The notes: generated by a model from the letters alone, not told the origin. DNA of 64,000 bases from Octopus sinensis (GCF_006345805.1 NC_043001.1:13454001-13518000); one strand, 5' to 3'. Counted from the stretch's first letter, positions 11,182 through 26,228 are shown. Made by a program: numbers and translations.

Positions 11182-11982
11182 TTCCACAAAGGATAATAAA
11201 CTTAGTCCAATGTGGTTAAGACCATGCCAAACCCTGCGTAGAGAAATAATCCAAAATCCCCTCTGTCTACCAGTTGAATATACTAATTCGTGCTTGGCCT
11301 GATGTTTTCACGCACAACATAATAGAAAAGTGATTCCACCAAGATTATATCCTACGGCAAATTCTTCTATTTTCCTGCTCCTCAAGACATCTTAACACAT
11401 GATTTATAGAAGAAGGCACAGCTGGAAATTTTGTTGTAGTGACACGTAAAACAGACAAACAGCGGGACATATAATTATTTCGTCGAAATATATTGATTCC
11501 CTTCTGTATCCGTTTGTTTATTTGCATTTGTTTCTATTACGAATTTCCATTGTATTCATTTGTTTCTATGACTTAAATACTTTCCTGTGAAATCGCCCGC
11601 CGTTGTGTACATTATTTAAGAGATGTCAATCAGCATTTAATATATATTTTTTTTTTATTTTAAATTCTCAGATATCATGCTCAGCATGTGTTGTTAAATA
11701 TCCTAGATGAAAATTTATCAGCGGCTGCAGGAAGATTAGAGCATTACGCTAGATTAATCATACTGAGTTAAGATCAAACGACTATAAATATTTTATTAAA
11801 ATGATTTGCTAATTCCACGCATTCATATTTATCATAAATATTGTATGCATATTTCTTGATTTTCAGGTAAAGTGAAAAATCTCCCCAATTCTCAGTTTTC
11901 ATATAAACAATATATGGATCTGCTATATGTGAAAACCACCAGGGTAATATACACTAAAGCACTTTCTATACATATATATATA

Positions 11983-12031
<49 letters not shown>

Positions 12032-12084
12032 TCGTTTTTGGATTTGGTTTGCAGGATTCTTTATATGATTTCGTGTGTTGAAGC

Positions 12085-12380
12085 ATATTCTGTTGTGTCT
12101 GGGAAGAGTCATTCTCTTTTAGAGCCTAATTATTTAACACACTCACCGGTAAAATTTCCACTTATTTCTTATTTTTATTTTCCAAAATTTTCGTTGCGTC
12201 TTGCAACCTTTTCAATAGTCTTCACTCTCAAGACTTCCTCCCACCCACCTCTTCTCTCTTTCAAGACGCAACGAAAATTTTAGAAAATAAAAATAAGAAA
12301 TAAGTGGAAATTTTACCGGTGAGTGTGTTAAATAATAAGGCACTAAAAGAGAATGACTCTCCCCAGACACAACAGTATAT
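12085..12380. repeat. Fold-back (inverted repeat) element
   Basis: Arms of about 120 bp near-complementary around a pyrimidine-rich loop; (TA)n on the right. Confidence 0.85.
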
Positions 12381-12388
12381 ATATATAT

Positions 12389-12450
<62 letters not shown>

Positions 12451-13130
12451 ATGGAGCATATAAGCCCTAACCGCTCTAAGCTTTAGACTTATATAAATAT
12501 CATTATATATATTTATAGAATTGTAAAACCCGGCAACGTATAACACAACCATTCGCACCGAAAGCTTATAGAAAGTTTGTTTAAAAAACAACTACGAACT
12601 GATATAGTTCTTGATGCTAATTTGCTGGTGTAATTGTAACAAATTTATTCCCGTTGACAAATGGAAATGGGTTCGTGTCTTACGTGGATGGGGAAGCCTA
12701 CTACTTTTTTTTTTTGCTCTCGAGTGCTTATATGCGCCATTATTTGACTATTTTTCCTAGTCATTGCACAGTGATCGCTATACGCTTTAGGCTTATATAC
12801 CATTATAATTATTTTCATTATATATATATATATCCATCTAAAAAATTCCAGAAAGCTTTGGGTGAGCCGAGGCTATAGTACAAGGCTCTTGTCCAAGATG
12901 TCACGCTATGGATTTGAAATTAGTACTGTGTGGTAGGGAAATGCTTCTTATACGAAACCAGTGCTCATACTCTGGCCGGCCGTAAATATCAACCATATAC
13001 ATACAGAGAGGGAGAGAGAGAAAGAGAAAGAGAGAGAGAGAGAGGGGGAGATGGTATGTTGTAGACTTGCAGCTCATTTGTCAGATAACAGATCCCTAGA
13101 TGACACGCTGGGCAAATTAACTGTTGGATA

Positions 13131-13333
13131 TTCTCTTCTATTCTAGGCACAAGGCCCAAAATTTGGGGGGAGCAGCGAGTTGATTAGATCTACACCAGTA
13201 CGCAACTGGTACTCAAATTTTCGACCCCAAAAGGATGAAAGGCAAATTCGACCTCGGAGGAATTTGATCTCAGAACATAAAGACAGACGAAATGCCGATA
13301 AGCATTACGTCCGGCGTGCTAACGTTTCTGCAA
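13131..13333 (-). mobile_element. SINE family B monomer with alternative 3' tail (tail B)
   Basis: Body matches family B; tail ...GGGCCTTGTGCCTAGAATAGAAGAG. Confidence 0.8.
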
Positions 13334-13431
13334 GCTGTTGGATATTGAATCGAACATCGTTCACACATTATAGAGACACATACACACACAGGCACTACAC
13401 GGACCTATTTTATGCAGGGGCTAGTTACTCT

Positions 13432-13839
13432 TTTCTCTCTTCTACTTATTTCAGTCATTTGACTGCGGCCATGCTAGAGCACCGCCTTTAGTCGAGCAAA
13501 TCGACCCCGGGACTTATTTTTGTAAGCCCAGTACTTATTCTATCGGTCTCTTTTGCCGAACCGCTAAGTGACGGGGACACACCAGCATCGGTTGTCAAGC
13601 AATGCTAGGGAGACAAACACACACACACAAACACACACACACACACACACACACATGTATATATATACATATAAACGACAGGCTTCTTTCAGTTTCCGTC
13701 TACCTAATCCACTCACAAGGTATTGGTCGGCCCGGGGATATAGCAGAAGACACTTGCCCAAGGTGCCACGCAGTGGGACTGAACCCGGAACATTGTGGTT
13801 GGTTAGCAAGCTACTTACCACACAGCCACTCTTGCGCCT
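13432..13839 (-). mobile_element. SINE family A, full length
   Basis: Matches 9812-10215. Confidence 0.9.
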
Positions 13840-14717
13840 AGTTGTGCACTATTATTAAAAAAATGGAAGTGGAATTTTCAGTCGTGTAGTCAAATCCTTT
13901 TATCGTTAGAGTAGCGTGTGTTCCCAGAAGTTGACGTAATGGATATTAAAGAAATGTACCCAGGCAAATGGTAATCTTTTTATTAGGATAGAGAAATAGT
14001 CCATATGTGATTATGTAGTGTTTATGTTTTACTCTAATTCATGCATTTAATACATGAGCAATTATACCCTCTCGCATGGCATGGTGCGTGGCTAGTTCTT
14101 CATCGGTGAATTGTTTACAACATACAATTATGTTTGTGCGGGGACTACAGCTGTTGTTCTCAACCATCTCTGGACCACATTCATTCCTAAATTAATTAAA
14201 TTTAATCAAAGCGGTATCCCAGCTTGGCCGTTGTCAAGTTAAAGATAGAAGAAAAATGCAAATGACAAACAGTATGTATAACAATAATTGTCAATTTATA
14301 TAAAATAAGTAGCAATTACAATACACAGCATGAGTGAATAATTACGAAACTTTTTTTCTCCAATCACGAGAAGCCAAGTTCGATCCCTATAAGTGGCTCT
14401 CCCACAAGTGACTTTTTACTATAGTGCCTCTTAGATTGAAGTCTTTTGATTCCACCTAGGTGGATAGATTCAGTAGGGTATCCCGCCGTGTGGATTCCAT
14501 TTCTGATTCAATTTCCAGCCGTTTCGCCACCTCTTTTACATAGATTCTATTCGAGAACCATGTTTGTGCTAAACGTGTTTGTAGAATAACAGATCGGTGA
14601 AAAATTAATAGGGAGAGCAAATATTTCTGCCGAGGGAAGAGCTGAGACGCTATTCCGTAATACAATTCCGTTTTCGTTTTCTTTCAATATGCAATTTGGT
14701 CGCAAACAGCCAATAAT

Positions 14718-15295
14718 CTTTTCTACTCTAGGCACAAGGCCCGAAATTTTTGGGAGGGGACCAATCGATTAGATCGACACCAGTGCGTAACTGGTACTTA
14801 ATTTATTGATCCCGAAGGGATGAATGGCTAAGTCGACCTCGGCGGAATTTGAACTCAGAACGTAAAGACAGACGAAATACGCATTTCTTTACTATCCACA
14901 AGGGTCTAACCACAGAGAGGACAAACAGGGACAGACACACGGATTAAGTCGACTGTATCGCCCCCAGTACGTAACTGGTACTTGTTTAATCGATCTCGAA
15001 AGGATGAAAGGCAAAGTCGACCTCGGCGGAAGTTGAATTCAGAAAGTAACGGCAGACGAAATACCTATTTCTTTACTGCCTACAAGGGGCTAAACACAGA
15101 AGGAAGAAGCAGAGATAGACAAATGGATTAAGTCGATTACATCAACCCCAGTGCGTAACTGGTACTTATTTAATCGACCCCGAAAGGATGACAGGCAAAG
15201 TCGAAATCGGCGGAATTTGAACTCAGAACATAACAGCAGACGAAATACGTCTACGCATTTCGCCCGCCGTGCTAACGTTTCGGCCAGCTCGCCGC
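14718..15295 (-). mobile_element. SINE family B, three tandem bodies, terminal body with tail B
   Basis: One head at about 15250-15295; bodies start near 14718, 14882 and 15066. Confidence 0.88.
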
Positions 15296-15425
15296 TTTGC
15301 AAATAGCCAATAATATCCGCATGTAGCCATACGACTGCACAGTGACCAACTGTCTACTTTAATCAACCCACGTTTCTGAGTATGTTATACCTGCGATTAT
15401 GATAATTTGAAAAAAACACCAACAC

Positions 15426-15474
<49 letters not shown>

Positions 15475-16340
15475 ACGCACACACACACACACACACACAA
15501 CACACACACACACACGCACAAAGAAATGTCCTGCTACTCACTCACCCACATACGACTGACCCACATACAAGCACACATGAATATATTCATACTCTACATC
15601 AGCAAATACTATTTGAAAACAGGTGAATATATATATATATAAATATGTATATGGGGGGAATGTATGTGCTTGAGTGACTTTGATGATTGTCATCACACAT
15701 CATCATCATCATCATCACCATTACCATCACCTGCACTACCATCACCACAACTGCCACCACCATAACAACAAAATCGTCACCTCCAACAACAAAATCATCA
15801 AAATTTTACGCGTCGATGTACTTTTCCTTTTCGTTGACGTCATCAATTTGAAGTACACATTATTATTTCCATTTAATAATGATTCTTCCTTCTATTGATT
15901 TATTGAAAAAAAAATTCCTGATATAATTTCTTCGTATTTTTAAATAAACTTTTATTTTCCTTCATTAATAAACAAAAAGAAATAATTTTAAACAATTGTT
16001 ATGTATTTCTCTTCAGACAAGATTGCTTTAGCTGTGTTTCATCTTTTATTTACTCAATTTCTGTTATTTTTTTCCAAATTTTTGATTGGCTTACAAGTAA
16101 TTTCGGTAAAAATTGTAAAATATGCATTTCTATTTATTCCAAAACATTTTTTTCATTCGTCTCTTAAATCTCAATTGTTAAGGAAACAGAAAATTATATA
16201 GGAAATACTTTTCAAAATGATTTAATTCCTGAAGGCATATTTATAGAATCTTTTCATTTTCATTTTCCAACAATAGCTTTTGAAGATGATTTCGAATGAA
16301 CTGCACATCATATATATATAGAGCTCTGAGACTAAAGATC

Positions 16341-16560
16341 TGATATATATATATATATATTAATAATATTAGGGAATAAATCCAAACTTACAGGGAAAAA
16401 TTAAATTAGATTTAGGATTAAATCCAATTTTATAGTATAAATATATTATATTATATTATATTAAATTAGAGATAAAACCACTATTAGGCAAATCAAACAG
16501 TGAAAAATATAAGCCAATACATAAAATTAATTTTAAAACATAAAAGTTAAAATTTTAAAA
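16341..16560. repeat. AT-rich dispersed repeat; other copies near 43270-43350 and 61930-62165
   Basis: Shared AATTAGAGATAAAACCACTATTAGGCAAAT and GGGAATAAATCCAAA segments. Confidence 0.6.
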
Positions 16561-16633
16561 ATTATTTAATTATTTAATTATTTAATATCTCTAATGTAAT
16601 ATATATATATAATATATATATATAATATATATA

Positions 16634-16712
<79 letters not shown>

Positions 16713-17137
16713 TATCGGAGTCTGAAGTGTTATTAGAAAGCCAGTGCTTACACACGTATTCATACGCTCGTGTGTGTATGTGTCCTTTTTAGTTGGGTGA
16801 CCAGACTACCATTGATTTCATGTTGAGAGACATATCTCTGAATAGCTATTTTATGTTTGTTCCTTGCAGCATTGATGTGCGATTCCATCTTGGATAAAAA
16901 CACTGTAAAGTAATTAAATAGTATGGGATCCCGTGAAGTTGTGCGATGTTTTAGAATAAGCAAATGAAAATGTACCTGAAAGGGGAACAGCTCCCGAATT
17001 GTCATAACTTTTGTGTGTGTAAGAGTCTGTATGTACATGTGTGCACGCACGCGTGTGTGGGTGAGTGTTTATGTACGTGTGTGTGTGCCATCGTACAGGC
17101 ACACACACAGATATATGTATATACGAACAAATATGTG

Positions 17138-17458
17138 AAGGAGCGTGGTTTAAGTGGTTAGGGCATTCGACTAACGATTGTAAGGACGTGAGTTCAATTC
17201 CCGGTGACGTGTTGTGTCCTTGAGCAAAACACTATAAATCACGTTGCTCCAGTCCACGCAGTGGGTAAAAATTAGTTGTACCTGTATTTGAATGGGGCCA
17301 GCCTTGTCACACTCTGTGTCACGCTGAATCTCCCCAAGAACTACGTTAAGGGTACACGTGTCTGTGGAGTGCTCAGCCACTTGCACGTTTATTTCACGAA
17401 TAATCTGTTCCGTTAATTGGATCAGATAGGGCCGTCGTCATCGTACTGACGGAGTGCG
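17138..17458 (+). mobile_element. tRNA-derived SINE: CORE-like head joined to the family C 3' region
   Basis: A/B-box-like head, TGTGTCCTTGAGCAAAACAC, then TTGTACCTGTATT...GTACTGACGGAGTGC as in 19307-19680. Confidence 0.8.
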
Positions 17459-17481
17459 CATATATATATAGAGATATATAG

Positions 17482-17546
<65 letters not shown>

Positions 17547-19306
17547 GTATACGTACATATGTATGTATGTATGTATTTATGTATGTATGTATGTATGTAT
17601 GTATGTATGTATGTATGAAGAAACAGTTTTTGTCAGATGAATTCATGAAGGACATTGAAGGACAAAATCATTTAACATTGTTTAAAATCCACGGAGCAAA
17701 AACATTTAGAGTGATTCTGCTACTATTTCTGTTGACGGAATGGATTTAACAGAATAGTGTATATTTTAACAGAAGAGAAAACAATGAGAGGTTAGGAGAA
17801 TTTTTATGAGAGGGAAGGTATAATTGACAGCAGTGACCTAATTGTCTCTACTTCTAACAAAAGAGACTGGGGTGTGGCTCCATAAGTCTTGGGTTTATCC
17901 ATTAAGGAGTTATATCATTTGTACTGGCTAGTGGTAAGAAAATGATTTGTTGTCTGATCAACCTATTAAATTATCATGTTATTAAACCATTAATCAAACT
18001 TTATCTCTACAAGTCGATAAAATCATTTTGAATGTCCTTTATTTTGGATTTCATGAATTCATCTGACGAAAAAAGGTTTCTTTACAATTAAAAGAGACGT
18101 CAGAAACGGCCGTAATGGATTGATGCAAGTACCTCTACAGTTACTCATTTATATTTGATACACCTGCCTCGGAATCTGACCTTTTATATGTGTGTGTGTA
18201 TGTGTGTGTGTATTATATTTTAACAGTTTATGCAGAGGTGTATACTCATGTGCGCCAGCGTGGAGGGCGGGGTGGTGCGCACCAAGACAGAAGCATATAG
18301 ATATAGAGGCTGAAATGACTTCAAGCATAACACTTTAATTACTGAATTAATAAACAAACCCAAATATATCATCCTAAACACATCGAATGTACCTAACGTC
18401 GATGTGTCTTTCCAAACATGCGTTTGGAAATCAGCCCCACATTCATATAATACTTTTGCTGCTATATCTTAATGAATTGTTCATACGAAGAAGTTTGTAT
18501 TTGCTGATGCTGATAATCTAAGCAGCCAAATCTCTGCTTAACATATAATGCCATTTCGTTTAGTATCGTTTAATATTTTCTAACAAGTTATGCACAGAAA
18601 GTGTCAATAGCCAACTGGATAAGATATTCTCCTGGGGCTACAATCTACACTAGCATTCTCACTTAGTGGTTAGCAACATTTAAGTGGAAAATATTCTTCA
18701 CATTGTCGTGGAGCTACTGTTTACACCTAGTTCAGAGATTATTTATTGTTTGTTTATATATGTTAGGTAACTGTTAGAATCAATAGACGAAACATTTAAA
18801 ATAATGGGATGAATCATGTTTTAGCGTTGACAAATAATATTATTATTGAAATTACATCATGGAAAAATACATTAGCCATTCTAAAACGAGCTGTTTACTT
18901 CACTTATTTATTATTTTCATCGTACAATCTGCAACTCAGTTATCTGCCACTTGATTACTAACCCTTTTTGTAAAATGCAACGGTAGTCTATAAGTAACCA
19001 GGTCACAGGTAAACCCCGATCACAAACTAATAAATGATCAACTGAGGTTAATATCAAGTGAAGTTAATTTCCTTCGCGCTTTAAGTGAGATAGTTTCAGC
19101 ACAAGGACTCAGAGCAAATCACTTGCTAGGCAAGTACATTTCTGCACTAAATACTGGTGTAATATATCTTAAGTAGTCTCTTATTGAAACCACAATTGTT
19201 TACCACGTTTGAACTTGCAGTTACGGTTTGGCAGTAAGAGTTTCGCTTGACGATAGCACAGGAGGACGCAACTTCTGTGGCCACATACAGTATGATCCCA
19301 TACAAT

Positions 19307-19680
19307 GGTGGGGGGAAGCACTCCGTCGGTTACGACGATGAGGGTTCCGATTGATCCGATCAACGGAACAGCCTGCTCGTGAAATTAACGTGTAAGTGGC
19401 TGAGCACTCCACAGACACGTGTATCCTTAACGTATTTCTCGGGGATATTCAGCGTGACAAGGCCGGCCCTTCGAAATACAGGTACAACAGAAACAGGAAG
19501 TAAGAGTGAGAGAAAGTTGTGGTGAAAGAGTACAGCAGGGATCACCACCATCCCTGCCGGAGCCTCGTGGAGCTTTAGATGTTTTCGCTGAATAAACACT
19601 CACAACGCCCGGTCTGGGAATCGAAACCGCGATCCTACGACCGCGAGTCCGCTGCCCTAACCACTGGGCCATTGCGCCTC
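19307..19680 (-). mobile_element. SINE family C (tRNA-like head GGAGGCGCAATGGCCCAGTGGTTAGG)
   Basis: Full length; target-site duplication CATACAAT at 19299-19306 and 19681-19688. Confidence 0.9.
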
Positions 19681-20006
19681 CATACAATATGGCTATATTG
19701 AATAACCACAATCTAAACATCTACATTAGTAGAAAAACAATTATGGTTCTCGTGATTTATTATTAACTGTGAGCAATAAAGCGCGTATTTATTCACAGTG
19801 CAGTTCGTTAAAAGCGTGTAAATAGAGCAGAACTAACGGAAAATGTTTAATGAAAAAGATAATAGTAGCGATATGTTACAATGAGAGTCACTTACTTCAA
19901 AGATAATGACAAATCTATAAATTGAAATTCACAAGGGAGAAATAAGAGACGTTCAGAGAAAGTGTTTAGTTTCTGATATCAATGATATTTCGTTTTCATT
20001 TTCAAT

Positions 20007-20155
20007 GCGATTTTGATTTATGAAACTGTTTCTTTAGACAAAAATTAATTAATCTTGATATTATAGTAACGTTGTATTCGCGATTTTGATTTATGAACCA
20101 ATTCATTTAGACAAAAATTAATTAATCTCGATATGATAGTAATGTCGTATTCGCT
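20007..20155 (+). repeat. Two-copy tandem duplication of about 73 bp
   Basis: GCGATTTTGATTTATGAA...GTATTC repeated with substitutions. Confidence 0.8.
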
Positions 20156-20502
20156 TACTAAGCGTTGTGTCTATGCAGAAAATTCTCATTAAATATACCG
20201 AAATATACCTGGTGTTGCTAGTAGATTAATACAGTACTTAAGATAGTGAGTAAACGCAACTTTTATGCATATATGCATAGATACGTGTATAGATACTCAC
20301 ATCCATACTAATGCACATCCCTAAATGCAATCAAGAAACAGAACAGCAAACATAGAAGGAACTTGTAAAGGAATTTCAAGACGTATCTCAAATTTCAAAA
20401 TGTGAGGTTGTTTTTGTTATTTTCTATACATTTTGTTAGAAACCAACTCTTTCCATACATGAAGACTTCAAATATTAAAAAAAAGAGAAGGATGCACGCA
20501 TG

Positions 20503-21450
20503 CATACATACACACATACATACATACATACATACATACATACATACATACAAACACACACACATACATACATACATACATACATACATACACACATATA
20601 CATACATACATACATACATACATACATACATACATACATACATACGTACGTACATACATACATACATACAAACACACACACATACATACATACATACAAA
20701 CACACACACATACATACATACATACATACACACATATACATACATACATACATACGTACATACATACATACATACAAACACACACACATACATACATACT
20801 TACATACACACACACATACATACATACATACATACATACACACATATACATACATACATACATACGTACATACATACATTCATACAAACACACACACATA
20901 CATACATACATACACACATATACATACATACATACATACACACACACATACATACATACACACATATACATACATACATACATACACACACACATACATA
21001 CATACATACACACATATACATACATACATACATACATACATACATACACACATATACATACATACATACATACATACGTACATACATACGTACATACAAA
21101 CACACACACATACATACATACATATATACATACATACATACAAACACACACACATACATACATACATACATACATACATACATACAAACACACACACATA
21201 CATACATACATACATACATACATACATGCATACATACATACGTACATACATACATACATACAAACGCACATATACATACATACATACATACATATATATA
21301 CATACATGCATACATGCATACATACATACATACATACATACAAACATACATACATAAATACATACATACATACATACAAACAAACATACATACATACATA
21401 CATACAAACATACATACATACAAACATACATACATACAAACATACATACA
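20503..21450. repeat. (TACA)n/(CA)n compound microsatellite
   Basis: Direct reading; explains the HTYI/MYVC ORFs. Confidence 0.97.
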
Positions 21451-22892
21451 TATTATGAGAAAACATTTATTAAATTTCCAAAATTATTACATGGAATGCA
21501 ATAACTCAATTATGAATTTCTTGAATAATATACATTATGTAAGTTTACCTAATTTTTAAAACTAAAATCCATCTATTGAGAAGTAACATATTGCTCCATG
21601 GATCATTAAATAATGTTTGTAGAATAAATTAGTTTGTAATTTGGAAATGGAAATGGCTATGCATGTCAGAGAATATTGTCAGTCGCTTATGATGTTTATT
21701 TACTATCCAAAGAAGTATATATTATTGTTTCTATAGAGCGATATATTTATGTGCAGGAATACTTGATCTCACTGGCGTATATAATTTACATATGTTCTTC
21801 AGTAATTTCAACGATATAAAAGAAATTCTATGCAGAAATGTTTGCATAACACGGAGAAAGAATTAGCAGTTGCTGTACAATAGCTTCAAGAAATTCCAAT
21901 ATATGTCATTGTTTGAAGATATATTGGAATATTCATTAGACAAATTTGAATTTGCATTTCTTAAATACTAATTTCATTAAATTTGAATACGTTATGTACA
22001 GAGATGTTGTAATATTCCGTATAAAACACTAAAGCACCAATTATATTGTAGAAATTCTCAGCAAATTATACAAAGATTATAACTGGAATCTTTTCGTCGT
22101 ATGAATAGCACATATGCTTAAGTTTCTGGATATATATAGAGACTCTCAGTTGGGAAATACAATATATAAATACAATAATGTCTCAAATCATTGTGTAAGA
22201 TAATGATTTAGTGAACATTTTAGTATACAATAAATATATTTAATCCGATATATATTTGTTCAATACTCTATCTGTTACAGCAAAAATTTATTATATAGAT
22301 AATAGTATTTCTACATCGTAAATAATCTCAGTGTAAATGAGAATATAATCAACCTGGCTAGATAAGCAATTTCGGAAGACATTTTCATTTCAAAATGTTT
22401 GACAAGAAGAATATTAAATTTATATTTTGCTAAAATCAAAAAATAGCATACAACAATCGTACAAAATCTTAAACAACTTTCAGTATCGAATACGTATAAC
22501 AAGTTTAATCACGTAAATTGCCCATTTAAAGCGTCATGCTAAATTTACATTTGATAACGGAAAAAAAAAAATTAACACATCAAGATTCGTTTTGAAATAT
22601 TATTTTGGATTCGAGGAAAATAAATTAGAACGTTGTAATTAGCATTTTGATTCTTTCTCAAAACACCAAACATAATATTTAAAAAAAAAATATGAACTTC
22701 GAAAAGAAATGTTAAAACCTATAAATTGCAACAAATTTTAGAACTGAAATATTTACACGTTTTGCAATTTGCCTCTTGGTGAAATTTATTCCATACTTAT
22801 TAAAATGAATAAAAACTATTTCATTAATTACATTTCTCCAAAATCTGTTACATCGGAAATTGTTGCAATCCATATATTTCAAATATAACATT

Positions 22893-23281
22893 CTTTTCTA
22901 CTCTAGGTACAAGGCCCTAAATTTTGGGAGAGGGGGCCAGTCGATTAGTTCGACCCCAGTAGGCAACTGTAACTTCATTTATTGAGCCGAAAATGACGAA
23001 AGGGAAAGTCGACCTCAGTGGAATTTGAACTCAACGTAAAGACAGACGAAATACCTATTTCTTTACTACCCACAAGGGCTAAACACAAAGAGGACAAACA
23101 AGGACAGACAAACGGATTAAGTCGATTATATAGACCCCAGTGCGTAACTGGTACTTAATTTATCGACCTCGAAAGGATGAAAAGTCGGCCTTGGCGGAAT
23201 TTGAACTCAGAACGTAGAGACAGACGAAATACTGCTAAGCATTTCATCTGGCGTGCTAACGTTTCTGCCAGCTCACCGCCT
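22893..23281 (-). mobile_element. SINE family B, two bodies (tail B terminal)
   Basis: Same motifs as 14718-15295. Confidence 0.88.
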
Positions 23282-25554
23282 AATCTCAAATATAATATTG
23301 ATAACATACTGCATAAGCGTAAAATTTAGATTTTGCTCCTCAGTTTTTCTCCTTCGGGCATACTGCGGTGGAAGTGTTATGCCTGACAATGTGTATCTCT
23401 GCATCAAGATGAAAAAGAGATTCTTTGAGCCAGGTTCGTAAAAAAAGGCGCCCTCATCCATCTTTCGTATTATATCCCCTTCAAATGTCCTATAACTTGG
23501 GAAATAATTCAATTAAAAGGAAGATTGTCTTTATCGCGAGCAACGCAAAATTTGTGTGAGGAATTTTAGGAAAACTTTAATGCATGATTCTGAACTTTTA
23601 ACGGCAGAATTCAAAGTAGATACAGCTATAAGTAATACCATATTAAATATCTGACTAAAAGAAGCTTGGTTAGAAAAATCAAAGGCTGCCCCTGCAACAC
23701 AAACCTATATCTTCTCTAAATAGGACAGATGTTCTACTATTATAAGAAAGTAACCCTTCGAATTCGCTACATCCACGGCAGCCTTCCAAATTTCCAGTCC
23801 AAGGGGTTTTTAACCTAATATCGTACACACTTTCATCGCTTTTTCCACATTGAGTTCTACAGTTAAAACAATTTATTTCATATGAACGGGAACCTTTAAA
23901 ATACTTATGACGTATCAGGATTACAACGTCTTTAAACATAGCTATCAGAATATTCAACTATTTATTCAACTTTCTTTTCAATAAGAACTACAACTTCAGT
24001 GGTTTCTAACAAAAACATTCTATGTTTATTTGCATCTAATAAAGGAACCCGTTCTAATTTGCCAACCTTAATATCTGAGGTTAGCTAAATATTTCTGTTT
24101 TCCGCAGCTCTAATTTGTTCAACAAAAGGCCTGGGAAACGTTTTCATCTGGAGAGTGTATGGTTAATTTGTTATTCTTCCACTCCTCATAAATTAAAGAA
24201 TGCGTCTTGTTCGAAAAATTATAGAATATCGGAAATGTTTGTTTTGTTATCGAGAAATCATTAAATATTTAATGATAAAATAGATAAATTTTTTCTTATG
24301 AACAATGCCGTTCTCTGCTTTTAAAATATTTTCGTCTATTTGTATCAATGATTGTATTGGTTTCCGTTGATGCATTTCCGTCATAGAAAGATATTCATTC
24401 CTATGGAAAGACAAAAATCTTTCGCAGCATTATGTAACGTCCATAGTTCGATCCCCTCCTACGTTTTACATAATAGATGTGAACTTTTTGTTGCTACATT
24501 GATAAATATACATGTGTTAACAGTGTATTTGCATAATATTAGATACAAGAATAATGATAAAATATTTACTGCGATTATCTAAACTTTTTCCTACTCCTAA
24601 TATTTTTTATCTAATTTATCTAAAGAAGTCTCTTCCCTTTACTTCCTAGTCTTATTACTTATATATTATCTACAAGTTCTTTATCTCACTCTCTATTTTC
24701 TAACAGCAAACATATGAATTAGATATGTGTGTAGTGTGTCCATTCTAATGTATATATGTGTGTGTGTGTGTGTGAGAGAGAGAGACAGAGAGAGAGATGA
24801 TATATAAGATGATATATATCTTTGTATGTATATGTGCATGTATATGCAAGCGTACACATGTATACCCAGAGAAAATGAAGAGATGGAATCACTAAATGAT
24901 GAAAAACGGCAGGTGATTAATTTTTTTAAAGTTATTGAGAAATACTCGGGAAGGAAAATATTTATTTGCATTCACCAAGCTTATAGCATTATGTAGTATG
25001 ATTATGCTAGTCAAAATCTGTTTACAGTTTGCGTTTATATTTAATCTGTAGGTGTCAATGTTTCTTAAGATGGAAGGCAATGCAAAGTATCTCATTTGAA
25101 TATCTAATGAGATACGAACATAATCAGTAGTGTTAAAATTTCTGTTTGAGGTGGTTTCTGTCGTTTATCAACAGTTTCTGTAAAGCAATATATCATGAAG
25201 TGATTTTTTTTTACTTACTATGTTGAAACAATTTTCGTACATTTTTAATAGACGTAGCTTGATACTTCCATATTTAGCTTGTCTATTCATTTGGTCACAC
25301 ACATTTATATATTAAACCAACCATTTGAAGATACCATTGACATAAACGAAAATAAAGCAAATAACCTGAGAGAGAGAGGATAAAGTGGGAGATAGAGAGA
25401 GAGAGAGTGGGGTGTATATGTAGGCAAAAATCTTACGTGTGTTACTAAATGACATAGCGGACATGCAAATAAATAACAACAGGAAAAACAAAAGAAAATT
25501 CACCTAAGCAGGGTATCATCTGTGAAACTATTGTCCTAATTATTTTGAGAACAT

Positions 25555-25717
25555 AGGCGTAGGAGTGGTTGTGTGGTAAGTAGCTTGCTTACGAAGCACA
25601 TGGTTTCGGGTTCAGTCCCACTGCGTGACACCTTGGGTAAGTGTCTTCTACTATAGCTTCGGGTCGACAAAAGCTTTGTGAGTGGATTTGGTAGACGTAA
25701 ACTGACAGAAGCTCGTC

Positions 25718-25771
<54 letters not shown>

Positions 25772-26042
25772 TGTGTGTGTGTGTGTGGTGTGTGTGTGGT
25801 GTGTGTGTGTGTGTGTGGTGTGTGTGTGTGTGTCTGTGTTTGACCCCACCCCCCAACATCGCTTGACAACCGATGCTGGTGTGTTTACGTCCGGGTAACT
25901 TAGCGGTTCGGCAAAAGACACCGATAGAATAAGTACTAGGCTTACAAAGAATAAGTCCTGGGGTCGATTTGCTCGACTAAAGGCGGTGCTCCAGCATGGC
26001 CTCAGTCAAATGACTGAAACAAGTAAAAGAGTAAAGAGAGAG
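25555..26042 (+). mobile_element. SINE family A, full length
   Basis: Head at 25555; 3' stem-loop CAGTCA-AA-TGACTG at 26003-26016. Confidence 0.9.
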
Positions 26043-26111
26043 AGTAACTAAACAAAGCAGTTACCACTCAGTTACTAGCATCTTCAAAGAGAAACGTTAC
26101 TAAGAAATAAT

Positions 26112-26137
26112 GCGGAAACTGAAAGAAGCCTGCTGTA

Positions 26138-26210
<73 letters not shown>

Positions 26211-26228
26211 GTATATGTATAAGTATAC

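Noticed and set aside
20395-21559. Long ORFs (385 aa HTYI..., 332 aa MYVC...)
   Set aside because: Translations of the (TACA)n microsatellite.
24108-24161. Possible micro-exon after TTTCTGTTTTCCGCAG (LICSTKGLGNVFIWR)
   Set aside because: Short, weak donor, unrecognised peptide; indistinguishable from chance.
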